Shown here: positions 15,701 to 29,500 of the stretch, piece by piece
Layout: every line of letters begins with the position of its first letter
Position numbering within the stretch: position 1 is the first letter of the stretch
Source of the DNA: Nemertoderma westbladi
Lineage: Eukaryota > Animalia > Xenacoelomorpha
Assembly (NCBI GenBank): GCA_032718475.1
Contig: JAUCBJ010002022.1
Location: forward strand, 4,053-68,052
Direction of reading: 5' to 3'
DNA: 64,000 nt
The notes under the pieces: model-generated
The model's input: the letters and a program-made list of their open reading frames with translations, nothing else
The model's database searches: none
What the model was told of the DNA's origin: nothing
Program-made: the position numbers and the translations under genes

Positions 15701-18700
15701 GACTCCTTGTAACCTGGGTTTCCTTCCTACTGTAACCCATTCATACTCCTCTGGTTTACATTCCGACTCCTTGTAACCTGGGTTTCCTTCCTACTGTAAC
15801 CCATACTCCTCTGGTTTACATTCCGACTCCTTGTAACCTGGGTTTCCTTCCTACTGCAACCCATACTCCTTTGGTTTACATTCCGACTCCTGGTAACCTG
15901 GGTTTCCTTCCTACTGTAACCCATACTCCTCTGGTTTACATTCCGACTCCTCGTAACCTGGGTTTCCTTCCTACTGTAACCCATGATCCTCTGGTTTACA
16001 TTCCGACTCCTTGTAACCTGGGTTTCCTTCCTACTGTAACCCATTCATACTCCTCTGGTTTACATTCCGACTCCTTGTAACCTGGGTTTCCTTCCTACTG
16101 TAACCCATACTCCTCTGGTTTACATTCCGACTCATTGTAACCTGGGTTTCCTTCCTACTGTAACCCATACTCCTCTGGTTTACATTCCGACTCCTTGTAA
16201 CCTGGGTTTCCTTCCTACTGTAACCCATACTATACTCCCTTGGTTTACATTCCGACTCCTTGTAACCTGGGTTTCCTTCCTACTGTAACCCATACTCCTC
16301 TGGTTTACATTCCGACTCCATGTAACCTGGGTTTCCTTCCTACTGTAACCCATACTCCTTTGGTTTACATTCCGACTCCTTGTAACCTGGGTTTCCTTCC
16401 TACTGTAACCCATACTCCTCTGGTTTACATTCCGACTCCTTGTAACCTGGGTTTCCTTCCTACTGTAACCCATACTCCCTTGGTTTACATTCCGACTCCT
16501 TGTAACCTGGGTTTCCTTCCTACTGTAACCCATTCATACTCCTCTGGTTTACATTCCGACTCCTTGTAACCTGGGTTTCCTTCCTACTGTAAACCATACT
16601 CCTCTGGTTTACATTCCGAATCCTTGTAACCTGGGTTTCCTTCCTACTGTAACCCATTCATAATCCGCTGGTTTACATTCCGACTCCTTGTAACCTGGGT
16701 TTCCTTCCTACTGTAACCCATACTCCTCTGGTTTACATTCCGACTCCTTGTAACCTGGGTTTCCTTCCTACTGTAACCCATACTCCTTTGGTTTACATTC
16801 CGACTCCTTGTAACCTGGGTTTCCTTCCTACTGTAACCCATACTCCTCTGGTTTACATTCCGACTCCTTGTAACCTAGGTTTCCTTCCTACTGTAACCCA
16901 TACTCCCTTGGTTTACATTCCGACTCCTTGTAACCTGGGTTTCCTTCCTACTGTAACCCATTCATACTCCTCTGGTTTACATTCCGACTCCTTGTAACCT
17001 GGGTTTCCTTCCTACTGTAAACCATACTCCTCTGGTTTACATTCCGACTCCTTGTAACCTGGGTTTCCTTCCTACTGTAACCCATACTCCTCTGGTTTAC
17101 ATTCCGACTCCTTGTAACCTGGGTTTCCTTCCTACTGTAACCCATACTCCTCTGGTTTACATTCTGACTCCTTGTAACCTGGGTTTCCTTCCTACTGTAA
17201 CCCATACTCCCTTGGTTTACATTCCGACTCCTTGTAACCTGGGTTTCCCTTCCTACTGTAACCCATTTATACTCCTCTGGTTTACATTCCGACTCCTTGT
17301 AACCTGGTTTCCCTTCCTACTGTAACCCATTCATACTCCTCTGGTTTACATTCCGACTCCTTGTAACCTGGATTTCCTTCCTACTGTAACCCATACTCCT
17401 TTGGTTTACATTCCGACTCCTTGTAACCTGGGTTTCCTTCCTACTGTAACCCATACTCCTCTGGTTAACATTCCGACTCCTTGTAACCTGGGTTTCCCTT
17501 CCTACTGTAACCCATTCATACTCCTCTGGTTTACATTCCGACTCCTTGTAACCTGGGTTTCCTTCCTACTGTAACCCATACTCCTCTGGTTTACATTCCG
17601 ACTCCTTGTAACCTGGGTTTCCTTCCTACTGTAACCCATTCATAGTCCTCTGGTTTACATTCCGACTCCTTGTAACCTGGGTTTCCTTCCTACTGTAACC
17701 CATACTCCTCTGGTTTACATTCCGACTCCTTGTAACCTGGGTTTCCTTCCTACTGTAACCCATTCATACTCCTCTGGTTTACATTCCGACTCCTTGTAAC
17801 CTGGGTTTCCTTCCTACTGTAACCCATTCATACTCCTCTGGTTTACATTCCGACTCCTTGTAACCTGGGTTTCCTTCCTACTGTAACCCATACTCCTCTG
17901 GTTTACATTCCGACTCCTGGTAACCTGGGTTTCCTTCCTACTGTAACCCATTCATACTCCTCTGGTTTACATTCCGACTCCTTGTAACCTGGGTTTCCTT
18001 CCTACTGTAACCCATTCATACTCCTCTGGTTTACATTCCGACTCCTTGTAACCTGGGTTTCCTTCCTACTGTAACCCATACTCCTCTGGTTTACATTCCG
18101 ACTCCTTGTAACCTGGGTTTCCTTCCTACTGTAACCCATTCATACTCCTCTGGTTTACATTCCGACTCCTTGTAACCTGGGTTTCCTTCCTACTGTAACC
18201 CATTCATACTCCTCTGGTTTACATTCCGACTCCTTGTAACCTGGGTTTCCTTCCTACTGTAACCCATTCATACTCCTCTGGTTTACATTCCGACTCCTTG
18301 TAACCTGGGTTTCCTTCCTACTGTAACCCATTCATACTCCTCTGGTTTACATTCCGACTCCTTGTAACCTGGATTTCCTTCCTACTGTAACCCATTCATA
18401 CTCCTCTGGTTTACATTCCGACTCCTTGTAACCTGGGTTTCCTTCCTACTGTAACCCATTCATACTCCTCTGGTTTACATTCCGACTCCTTGTAACCTGG
18501 GTTTCCTTCCTACTGTAACCCATTCATACTCCTCTGGTTTACATTCCGACTCCTTGTAACCTGGGTTTCCTTCCTACTGTAACCCATTCATACTCCTCTG
18601 GTTTACATTCCGACTCCTTGTAACCTGGGTTTCCTTCCTACTGTAACCCATTCATACTCCTCTGGTTTACATTCCGACTCCTTGTAACCTGGATTTCCTT

Positions 18701-19785
18701 CCTACTGTAAACCATACTCCTCTGGTTTACATTCCGACTCCTTGTAACCTGGGTTTCCTTCCTACTGTAACCCATTCATACTCCTCTGGTTTACATTCCG
18801 ACTCCTTGTAACCTGGGTTTCCTTCCTACTGTAACCCATTCATACTCCTCTGGTTTACATTCCGACTCCTTGTAACCTGGGTTTCTTTCCTACTGTAACC
18901 CATTCATACTCCTCTGGTTTACATTCCGACTCCTTGTAACCTGGGTTTCCTTCCTACTGTAACCCATACTCCTCTGGTTTACATTCCAACTCCTTGTAAC
19001 CTGGGTTTCCTACCTACTGTAAACCATACTCCTTTGGTTTACATTCCGAATCCTTGTAACCTGGGTTTCCTTCCTACTGTAACCCATACTCCTTTGGTTT
19101 ACATTCCGACTCCTGGTAACCTGGGTTTCCTTCCTACTGTAAACCATACTCCTCTGGTTTACATTCCGACTCCTTGTAACCTGGGTTTCCTTCCTACTGT
19201 AACCCATTCATACTCCTCTGGTTTACATTCCGACTCCTGGTAACCTGGGTTTCCTTCCTACTGTAAACCATACTCCTCTGGTTTACATTCCGACTCCTTG
19301 TAACCTGGGTTTCCTTCCCACTGTAACCCATTCATACTCCTCTGGTTTACATTCCGACTCCTTGTAACCTGGGTTTCCTTCCTACTGTATCCCCTTCATA
19401 CTCCTCTGGTTTACATTCCGACTCCTTGTAACCTGGGTTTCCTTCCTACTGTAAACCATACTCCTCTGGTTTACATTCCGACTCCTTGTAACCTGGGTTT
19501 CCTTCCTACTGTAACCCATACTCCTCTGGTTTACATTCCGACTCCTTGTAACCTGGGTTTCCTTCCTACTGTAACCCACACTCCTCTGGTTTACATTCCG
19601 ACTCCTTGTAACCTGGGTTTCCTTCCTACTGTAACCCATTCATACTCCTCTGGTTTACATTCCGACTCCTTGTAACCTGGGTTTCCTTCCTACTGTAAAC
19701 CATACTCCTCTGGTTTACATTCCCACTCCTTGTAACCTGGGTTTCCTTCCTACTGTAAACCATTCATACTCCTCTGGTTTACATT
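3758..19785. repeat. 60/64-bp satellite, about 16 kb, roughly 260 copies
   Basis: Unit tactcctctggtttacattccgactccttgtaacctgggtttccttcctactgtaaccca, with or without a ttca insert; very high identity between copies. Confidence 0.98.
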
Positions 19786-21084
19786 TACCTTGCCCAATCG
19801 CAATCACGTGATTCCTGTGCCAATAAAACAATGGCCCTTGGGTAAATTATCCATTTGCAAAACGCAAAAGTTAATATAAAAAAATTTCCAGAATTATTAG
19901 ATTCCATGTAAATGCCGAATAAATTAAATATCGACCCCGTTGGACACATTGATTTTCATGTTATAGTAAATTCAGAATTCTCTTGCATTCTAGAGGACTC
20001 CAAACAACCACCAGGTCATGGACTTGCTTTTAATTAAGTTTTTGTGGTGTGGAGAATTAGGGTGTGTTTTTGTTTATAATATTTACTGTCTTTCTCAGCA
20101 ATAGGACAACCTTCCCTTAGTTTATTAAAATAAGTCCAAGTATCCCCCTCCCTATTTCACGCCTAACTATCATTGGTTGTTTCCCCATTAGTTGACATGT
20201 TTCATTCATTTATAAGACAATAGTACGTGAACCTACTCTCTGTATCTCACATCCGTTATCGGTTGGAAGTTGCTGGGCCTGGAATGTTAGGAATTCCATA
20301 TATATTTGGTATTTCTCTTGCGGTGGCTGGACAACAGCTGCACGTTGAAGTTAAATGCTACTAGCTAGCTAGCTGTCATTTATACAGCACTTTCCAGTCT
20401 AGGGTATTTATATAAACGATCCGTTAATATTTGTAACTATCTTATTAGGGACTCTTATTATTTTACTTCTTCCGTTCTGCTCCTGTGAGAAACACATTAT
20501 TATTTTATTGTTGACCTACGCAAGTTTATTGTTGCTAACATGCGCAAATTATAAATAGGTAGGTATATATAAATGACTACTAGTCAATTACTGTTACTAA
20601 TTATGAATACTTTTGGTTAATATTGAATTTCACCCATGTTAAGAATACCAGGTTTTTACTTTTCTGTTTAAATTTAATTTAAATTTTGTATAACGGTATG
20701 ACGAATTTGTATTTTTTAAGTTACCCCTATTGAGGCTTTATGGCGCTTATTTTTGTCTTAACCTGCACAGATATTAATTCGTTTATTGTTTTAGTTAGAT
20801 TCAGCCCTTCTGCAACCTGGGTTTAGTGAAACCCTGGTATTCTGCACATGGGGGTGGGGGTAGTAAACGGCAAATTGAAATATAAGAGAGCAAAGTTCCG
20901 AAGAAAGGGAAGAGCCGTTATATTTTTAATTCATTATTTTAACATATGCTGAAGGTCTTCTTTCTGCTCACTGTTTATAAGAAGACGAAGAAAGGGTATT
21001 CGAGAAGGTTATTCGAGAAATTTATTGGCATACTTTCTATCAGTTTTACAGATCAAATAGTTGAGTGTTGGATAGGTACGGGGA

Positions 21085-21275
21085 TGGGGTGGTGAAAACT
21101 GGACGCAAATCCCATGTCGCATAAATAATACCTCGTCTCAATGTTAAATTATACCAATTAGGGAAAGGAGCAGGTTGCAGTGGCAGAGATTCTAGCGTCA
21201 ATAGAACAGGTTTACGGTTTTATTTTTGAGAATAATCAGCTGTAATTTGCGTCGATTTTTCCCTGGAGAGGGATG
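21085..21275 (+). mobile_element. Truncated MITE copy, same family
   Basis: aaactggacgcaaat...ctcaatgttaaatt...aatcagctg...ccctggagagggatg; right TIR missing. Confidence 0.7.
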
Positions 21276-22336
21276 AATGGCTGTGAGTAACGCTAAACTG
21301 TAAACGAGAAAGAACTTATTGTCACCTGTTTCAGTTTGCCGAAATTATTATCTAGTTCTGCACTCGATGACCATTTTGGATAAAAACCAACTAATTTCGA
21401 TACACTCAGACAGAATTGTAGAATTTCGATCAACTGTAAAGTCCGACAAAATGTGATTATTTTGGAAATATTATGTAACTCAGTCGGTAGAAGAAGATGT
21501 GCATCGTGTAGAACTTTATACGGCGGGTGAGAATGCAATAGCTTCCACAATACCCAGCATTCATAATTCATATGGTCCTTGGACGCAGCTGCAATATCAC
21601 CAGCCAAATTAATTCACCCGCCGTATAAAGTTCTACATTATGCGCCTCCTGATTTCCCTTTTTCAAATAAATTATATTTTCATTGACTCCTCAAGGCTGA
21701 TTGTATTAATATTTGCACTTAATAAATAGTATTAGTTTTTTCAAAAATTTTGTTTCTGTAATCACATTACCCATTATTGATAGTGCAATGTAACACCACA
21801 AAGACTAAAAAAAACTCTTCTGCATCATATTATTCAAATTTAAGTTAGAGGTAATTTTATTCTATTTAGAAAGAAAATATCTTAATGTAATTTCAATTGT
21901 GTATCTCATTTGATAGAGATTAGTTGGACTTATTAATTTGTTCGGCGTGATACCCCTACTCCTTATTATCTGGGAGTAATCATCCAAGGGGACTCAGTTC
22001 GTATGTTATCCCGTAGCTTCACTCTTTCCTGTCAATCCACTTACCACTAATCCGTTTTATTCGGTATATATAGCTATTGCAACATTCGAGTTTATTTAGC
22101 ATCTACCTAGATCCACACCATCTGCCAGGCCATCCTTCCCGTCTACCATTGGTTCTACTTCGTGTCTCTATTGGTGGTATGCTTCACAGTGCAGTGCCGC
22201 ATGCCGCCGTAACAAACAACCTCAATACGGACACACCAACTGCTCTGCTACATACACCAGCTTCCTAGCGAGTAGCGATACCGGTAGCGCGGTGGTAACG
22301 CCTTTTATTACACAATCTCGCGGTATTACTTCGCAG

Positions 22337-22654
22337 GTGCTCCAAGTGCGGACAGGCAATCCCTAACGGTACTCGAGTTTTATACGACAGAGAGCATCCA
22401 TTGTGCGTCGGGTGTCAACCGGTGGTTAACGGTTCCGCTGATCGCCGCCATCCCCAGCCCCAGCGCCCTGTCTGCGCCGCGTGCTGTAGCCCTCTACCGG
22501 ACGACGAGGACGGAGTTGTGAAAGCGTTGAATCGCAACTGGCACGCCGATTGTTTCGTTTGCGGCGAATGTAAACAGCTGATATCTGGGGATTATATTGG
22601 GAACCAAGATATTCCTTATTGTCGGAAGGACTACATTAAGTTATTCAGCGCTAA
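22337..22654 (+). CDS. ABLIM: abLIM/unc-115-like exon: second half of one LIM domain plus a complete LIM domain (internal exon, phase 2/2)
   Basis: Acceptor ttcgcag|G, donor CTAA|gtaagt. Translates CSKCGQAIPNGTRVLYDREHPLCVGC...CAACCSPLPDDEDGVVKALNRNWHADCFVCGECKQLISGDYIGNQDIPYCRKDYIKLFSAK, with LIM CxxC...HxxC-CxxC...CxxD spacing. Confidence 0.9.
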
Positions 22655-23369
22655 GTAAGTAGACCTTATTTATACGAAACAAAGTATTCGACTAGATTTT
22701 TCCATTTTAATTATTTATTATCTCTCTGTTTCGATAGCCATGTATTGAGTGTCCGTCGCTGTTCATATCGCCAGAGTAAGAATGTAGCGATATAATCTTT
22801 ACTTGTAGTTTTCTTTGTGTGATCTTAAATGTAATTTTATTTTTTCGGAACAAAACAAATATATTATATGCCTGTTATGGTATTTTACAGTATTATTGAC
22901 ACAACTTGTAATAAAAACCACACTCAATAAAGTGTAAACATTTAGTAGTACCCCCACCCCCACCCCGTCTAGACATTAGGTAATATTTAAAGATAAAGAT
23001 CATCATTTTAGATATATCGTAGATGTTTGATAGATCCTATGGTAGTTTGGCACATATTTTCTTACTAAACATTGTCGTCACATTGTTTACTTGTCTGTGT
23101 CTAATCGTAAGTATCCATAATTATGTTCTTATTAAGGAGCACAGGACCATCTATTGCTACACTGCACTGTCCAGGTCATTCACCTATTATAGTGCCAGTA
23201 TATTTTTATGTTTTCATATAATTAAATACTATTGATTATATTAATAAACTAAAAACTTACATAATTATTCATTATTAACAACGCAAATATTGACATATTT
23301 TATTATCGTTGATTCATGAATCAATATTTTGTTCTGAACCCAATATTAGGGTTATTTGTTTTTGTGTAG

Positions 23370-23511
23370 GTGTCACAAGTGCAAAGAACCCATAGTGACA
23401 GGGAAGATTCTACAAGCAGGAGATAAAACGTACCATCCAAACTGCGCTCAGTGTAAATACTGCCACGCAGACTTTAGTGACGGTGAAGACTTGTACATTT
23501 TATTTGCAGAG
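23370..23511 (+). CDS. ABLIM: abLIM exon: most of the last LIM domain (phase 2/0)
   Basis: Acceptor tttgtgtag|G, donor GCAGAG|gtttgt. Translates CHKCKEPIVTGKILQAGDKTYHPNCAQCKYCHADFSDGEDLYILFAE and joins the previous exon in frame (LFSAK-CHKC). Confidence 0.9.
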
Positions 23512-26500
23512 GTTTGTACATTCTTATTTACCAGGTTTGTACATTCTGTTGTACAGGTTTGTACATTCTGTTGTACAGGTTTGTACATTCTGTTGTACAG
23601 GTTTGGACATTCTGTTGTACAGGTTTGTACATTCTTATTTACCAGGTTTGTACATTCTGTTGTACAGGTTTGTACATTCTGTTGTACAGGTTTGTACATT
23701 CTGTTGTACAGGCTTGGACATTCTGTTGTACAGGTTTGGACATTCTGTTGTACAGTGTTGTACATTCTGTTGTACAGGTTTGGACATTCTTATTTACCAG
23801 GTTTGTACATTCTGTTGTACAGGTTTGTACATTCTGTTGTACAGGTTTGTACATGTACATTCTGTTGTACAGGCTTGGACATTCTGTTGTACAGGTTTGT
23901 ACATTCTGTTGTACAGGTTTGTACATTCTTATTTACCAGGTTTGTACATTCTGTTGTACAGGTTTGTACCTTCTGTTGTACAGTTTTGTACATTCTGTTG
24001 TACAGGTTTGGACATTCTGTTGTACAGGTTTGTACATTCTGTTGTACAGTTTTGTACATTCTGTTGTACAGGTTTGTACATTCTGTTGTACAGGTTTGTA
24101 CATTCTGTTGTACAGGTTTGTACATTCTGTTGTACAGGTTTGTACATTCTTATTGACCAGGTTTGTACATTCTGTTGTACAGGTTTGTACATTCTTATTG
24201 ACCAGGTTTGTACATTCTGTTGTACAGGTTTGTACATTCTGTTGTACAGGTTTGTACATTCTTATTTACCAGGTTTGTACATTCTGTTGTACAGGTTTGT
24301 ACTTTCTGTTGTACAGTTTTGTACATTCTGTTGTACAGGTTTGGACATTCTGTTGTACAGGTTTGTACATTCTGTTGTACAGTTTTGTACATTCTGTTGT
24401 ACAGGTTTGTACATTCTGTTGTACAGGTTTGTACCTTCTGTTGTACAGTTTTGTACATTCTGTTGTACAGGTTTGGACATTCTGTTGTACAGGTTTGTAC
24501 ATTCTGTTGTACAGTTTTGTACATTCTGTTGTACAGGTTTGTACATTCTGTTGTACAGGTTTGTACATTCTGTTGTACAGGTTTGTACATTCTGTTGTAC
24601 AGGTTTGTACATTCTGTTGTACAGGTTTGTACATTCTGTTGTACAGGTTTGTACATTCTTATTGACCAGGTTTGTACATTCTGTTGTACAGTTTTGTACA
24701 TTCTGTTGTACAGGTTTGTACATTCTGTTGTACAGGTTTGTACATTCTGTTGTACAGGTTTGTACATTCTGTTGTACAGGTTTGTACATTCTTATTGACC
24801 AGGTTTGTACATTCTGTTGTACAGGTTTGTACATTCTTATTGACCAGGTTTGTACATTCTGTTGTACAGGTTTGTACATTCTGTTGTACAGGTTTGGACA
24901 TTCTGTTGTACAGGTTTGTACATTCTGTTGTACAGTTTTATACATTCTGTTGTACAGGTTTGTACATTCTGTTGTACAGGTTTGGACATTCTGTTGTACA
25001 GGTTTGTACATTCTGTTGTACAGTTTTGTACATTCTGTTGTACAGGTTTGGACATTCTGTTGTACAGGTTTGTACATTCTGTTGTACAGTTTTGTACATT
25101 CTGTTGTACAGGTTTGTACTTTCTGTTGTACAGTTTTGTACATTCTGTTGTACAGGTTTGGACATTCTGTTGTACAGGTTTGTACATTCTGTTGTACAGT
25201 TTTGTACATTCTGTTGTACAGGTTTGTACATTCTGTTGTACAGGTTTGTACATTCTGTTGTACAGGTTTGTACATTCTGTTGTACAGGTTTGTACATTCT
25301 TATTGACCAGGTTTGTACATTCTGTTGTACAGGTTTGTACATTCTTATTGACCAGGTTTGTACATTCTGTTGTACAGGTTTGTACATTCTGTTGTACAGG
25401 TTTGTACATTCTTATTTACCAGGTTTGTACATTCTGTTGTACAGGTTTGTACTTTCTGTTGTACAGTTTTGTACATTCTGTTGTACAGGTTTGGACATTC
25501 TGTTGTACAGGTTTGTACATTCTGTTGTACAGTTTTGTACATTCTGTTGTACAGGTTTGTACATTCTGTTGTACAGGTTTGTACATTCTGTTGTACAGGT
25601 TTGTACATTCTGTTGTACAGGTTTGTACATTCTTATTGACCAGGTTTGTACATTCTGTTGTACAGGTTTGTACATTCTGCTGTACAGGTTTGTACATTCT
25701 GTTGTACAGGTTTGGACATTCTGTTGTACAGGTTTGGACATTCTGTTGTACAGGTTTGGACATTCTTATTTACCAGGTTTGTACATTCTGTTGTACAGGT
25801 TTGTACATTCTGTTGTACAGGTTTGTACATTATGTTGTACAGGTTTGGACATTCTGTTGTACAGGTTTGTACATTCTGTTGTACAGGTTTGTACATTCTG
25901 TTGTACAGGTTTGTACATTCTTATTTACCAGGTTTGGACATTCTGTTGTACAGGTTTGGACATTCTGTTGTACAGTTTTGTACATTCTGTTGTACAGGTT
26001 TGGACATTCTTATTTACCAGGTTTGTACATTCTGTTGTATAGGTTTGGACATTGTGTTGTACAGGTTTGTACATTCTGTTGTACAGGTTTGGACATTCTG
26101 TTGTACATGTTTGTACATTCTGTTGCACAGGTTTGTACATTCTGTTGTACAGGTTTGGACATTCTGTTGTACAGGTTTGGACATTCTGTTGTACAGGTTT
26201 GGACATTCTGTTGTACAGTTTTGTACATTCTGTTGTGCAGGTTTGGACATTCTTATTTACCAGGTTTGTACATTCTGTTGTACAGGTTTGTACATTCTGC
26301 TGTACAGGTTTGTACATTCTGTTGTACAGGTTTGTACATTCTGTTGTACAGGTTTGAACATTCTGTTGTAGAGGTTTGTACATTCTGTTGTACAGGTTTG
26401 TACATTCTGTTGTACAGGTTTGTACATTCTGTTGTACAGGTTTGGACATTGTGTTGTACAGGTTTGTACATTCTGTTGTACAGGTTTGTACATTCTGTTG

Positions 26501-29500
26501 CACAGGTTTGTACATTCTGTTGTACAGGTTTGTACATTCTGTTGTACAGGTTTGGACATTCTGTTGTACAGGTTTGTACATTCTGTTACACAGGTTTGTA
26601 CATTCTGTTGTACAGGTTTGGAAATTCTGTTGTACAGGTTTGTACATTCTGTTGTACAAGTTTGTACATTCTGTTGTACAGGTTTGTACATTCTGTTGTA
26701 CAGGTTTGGACAATCTGTTGTACAGTGTTGTACATTCTGTTGTACAGGTTTGGACATTCTTATTTACCAGGTTTGTACATTCTGTTGTACAGGTTTGTAC
26801 ATTCTGCTGTACAGGTTTGTACATTCTGTTGTACAGGTTTGTACATTCTGTTGTACAGGTTTGTACATTCTGTTGTACAGGTTTGGACATTCTGTTGTAC
26901 AGGTTTGTACATTCTGTTGTACAGGTTTGTACATTCTGTTGTACAGGTTTGTACATTCTTATTTACCAGGTTTGTACATTCTGTTGTACAGGTTTGTACA
27001 TTCTGTTGTACAGGTTTGGACATTCTGTTGTACAGGTTTGGACATTCTGTTGTACAGGTTTGGACATTCTGTTGTACAGGTTTGAACATTCTGTTGTACA
27101 GATTTGTACATTCTGTTGTACAGGTTTGTACATTCTGTTGTACAGGTTTGTACATTCTGTTGTACAGGTTTGGAGATTCTGTTGTACAGGTTTGGACATT
27201 GTGTTGTAGAGGTTTGTACATTCTATTGTACAGGTTTGGACATTCTGTTGTACAGGTTTGTACATTCTGTTGTACAGGTTTGTACATTCTGTTGTACAGG
27301 TTTGGACAATCTGTTGTACAGTGTTGTACATTCTGTTGTACAGGTTTGGACATTCTTATTTACCAGGTTTGTACATTCTGTTGTACAGGTTTGGACATTC
27401 TGTTGTATACAGGTTTGTACATTCTGTTGTACAGGTTTGTACATTCTGCTGTACAGGTTTCTACATTCTGTTGTACAGGTTTGTACATTCTGTTGTACAG
27501 GTTTGTACATTCTGCTGTACAGGTTTGTACATTCTGTTGTACAGGTTTGTACATTCTGCTGTACAGGTTTGGACATTCTGTTGTACAGGTTTGTACATTC
27601 TGTTGTACATGTTTGTACATTCTGTTGTACAGGTTTGAACATTCTGTTGTACAGGTTTGTACATTCTGTTGTACAGGTTTGTACATTCTGTTGTACAGGT
27701 TTGTACATTCTGTTGTACAGGTTTGGAGATTCTGTTGTACAGGTTTGTACATTCTGTTGTACAGGTTTGTACATTCTGTTGTACAGGTTTGGAGATTCTG
27801 TTGTACAGGTTTGGACATTGTGTTGTAGAGGTTTGTACATTCTATTGTACAGGTTTGGACATTCTGTTGTATACAGGTTTGTACATTCTGTTGTACAGGT
27901 TTGTACATTCTGCTGTACAGGTTTCTACATTCTGTTGTACAGGTTTGTACATTCTGTTGTACAGGTTTGTACATTCTGCTGTACAGGTTTGTACATTCTG
28001 TTGTACAGGTTTGTACATTCTGCTGTACAGGTTTGGACATTCTGTTGTACAGGTTTGTACATTCTGTTGTACATGTTTGTACATTCTGTTGTACAGGTTT
28101 GAACATTCTGTTGTACAGGTTTGTACATTCTGTTGTACAGGTTTGTACATTCTGTTGTACAGGTTTGTACATTCTGTTGTACAGGTTTGGAGATTCTGTT
28201 GTACAGGTTTGGACATTGTGTTGTAGAGGTTTGTACATTCTATTGTACAGGTTTGGACATTCTGTTGTATACAGGTTTGTACATTCTGTTGTACAGGTTT
28301 GTACATTCTGCTGTACAGGTTTCTACATTCTGTTGTACAGGTTTGTACATTCTGTTGTACAGGTTTGTACATTCTGCTGTACAGGTTTGTACATTCTGTT
28401 GTACAGGTTTGTACATTCTGCTGTACAGGTTTGGACATTCTGTTGTACAGGTTTGTACATTCTGTTGTACATGTTTGTACATTCTGTTGTACAGGTTTGT
28501 ACATTCTGTTGTACAGGTTTGTACATTCTGTTGTACATGTACAGGTTTGTACATTCTGTTGTACATGTACAGGTTTGTACATTCTGTTGTACAGGTTTGT
28601 ACATTCTGTTGTAGAGGTTTGGACATTCTGTTGTACAGGTTTGTACATTCTGTTGTACAGGTTTGTACATTCTGTTGTACAGGTTTGTACATTCTGTTGT
28701 ACAGGTTTGTACATTCTGTTGTACAGGTTTGTACATTCTGTTGTACAGGTTTGTACATTCTGTTGTACAGGTTTGTACATTCTGTTGTACAGGTTTGTAC
28801 ATTCTGTTGTAGAGGTTTGGACATTCTGTTGTACAGGTTTGTACATTCTGTTGTACAGGTTTGTACATTCTGTTGTACAGGTTTGTACATTCTGTTGTAC
28901 AGGTTTGTACATTCTGCTGTACAGGTTTGGACATTCTGTTGTACAGGTTTGTACATTCTGTTGTACAGGTTTGTACATTCTGTTGTACAGGTTTGTACAT
29001 TCTGTTGTACAGGTTTGTACATTCTGTTGTACAGGTTTGTACATTCTGTTGTACAGGTTTGTACATTCTGTTGTAGAGGTTTGGACATTCTCTTGTACAG
29101 GTTTGTACATTCTGTTGTACAGGTTTGTACATTCTGTTGTACAGGTTTGTACATTCTGTTGTACAGGTTTGTACATTCTGTTGTACAGGTTTGTACATTC
29201 TGTTGTACAGGTTTGTACATTCTGTTGTACAGGTTTGAACATTCTGTTGTACAGGTTTGTACATTCTGTTGTAGAGGTTTGGACATTCTGTTGTACAGGT
29301 TTGTACATTCTGTTGTACAGGTTTGTACATTCTGTTGTACAGGTTTGTACATTCTGTTGTACAGGTTTGTACATTCTGTTGTACAGGTTTGTACATTCTG
29401 TTGTACAGGTTTGTACATTCTGTTGTACAGGTTTGTACATTCTGTTGTACAGGTTTGGACATTCTGTTGTACAGGTTTGTACATTCTGTTGTACAGGTTT

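Noticed and set aside
4060-19639. Many MGYSRKETQVTRSRNVNQRS and MVYIPTPCNLG ORFs
   Set aside because: Translations of the 60-bp satellite, broken wherever a 64-bp unit occurs.
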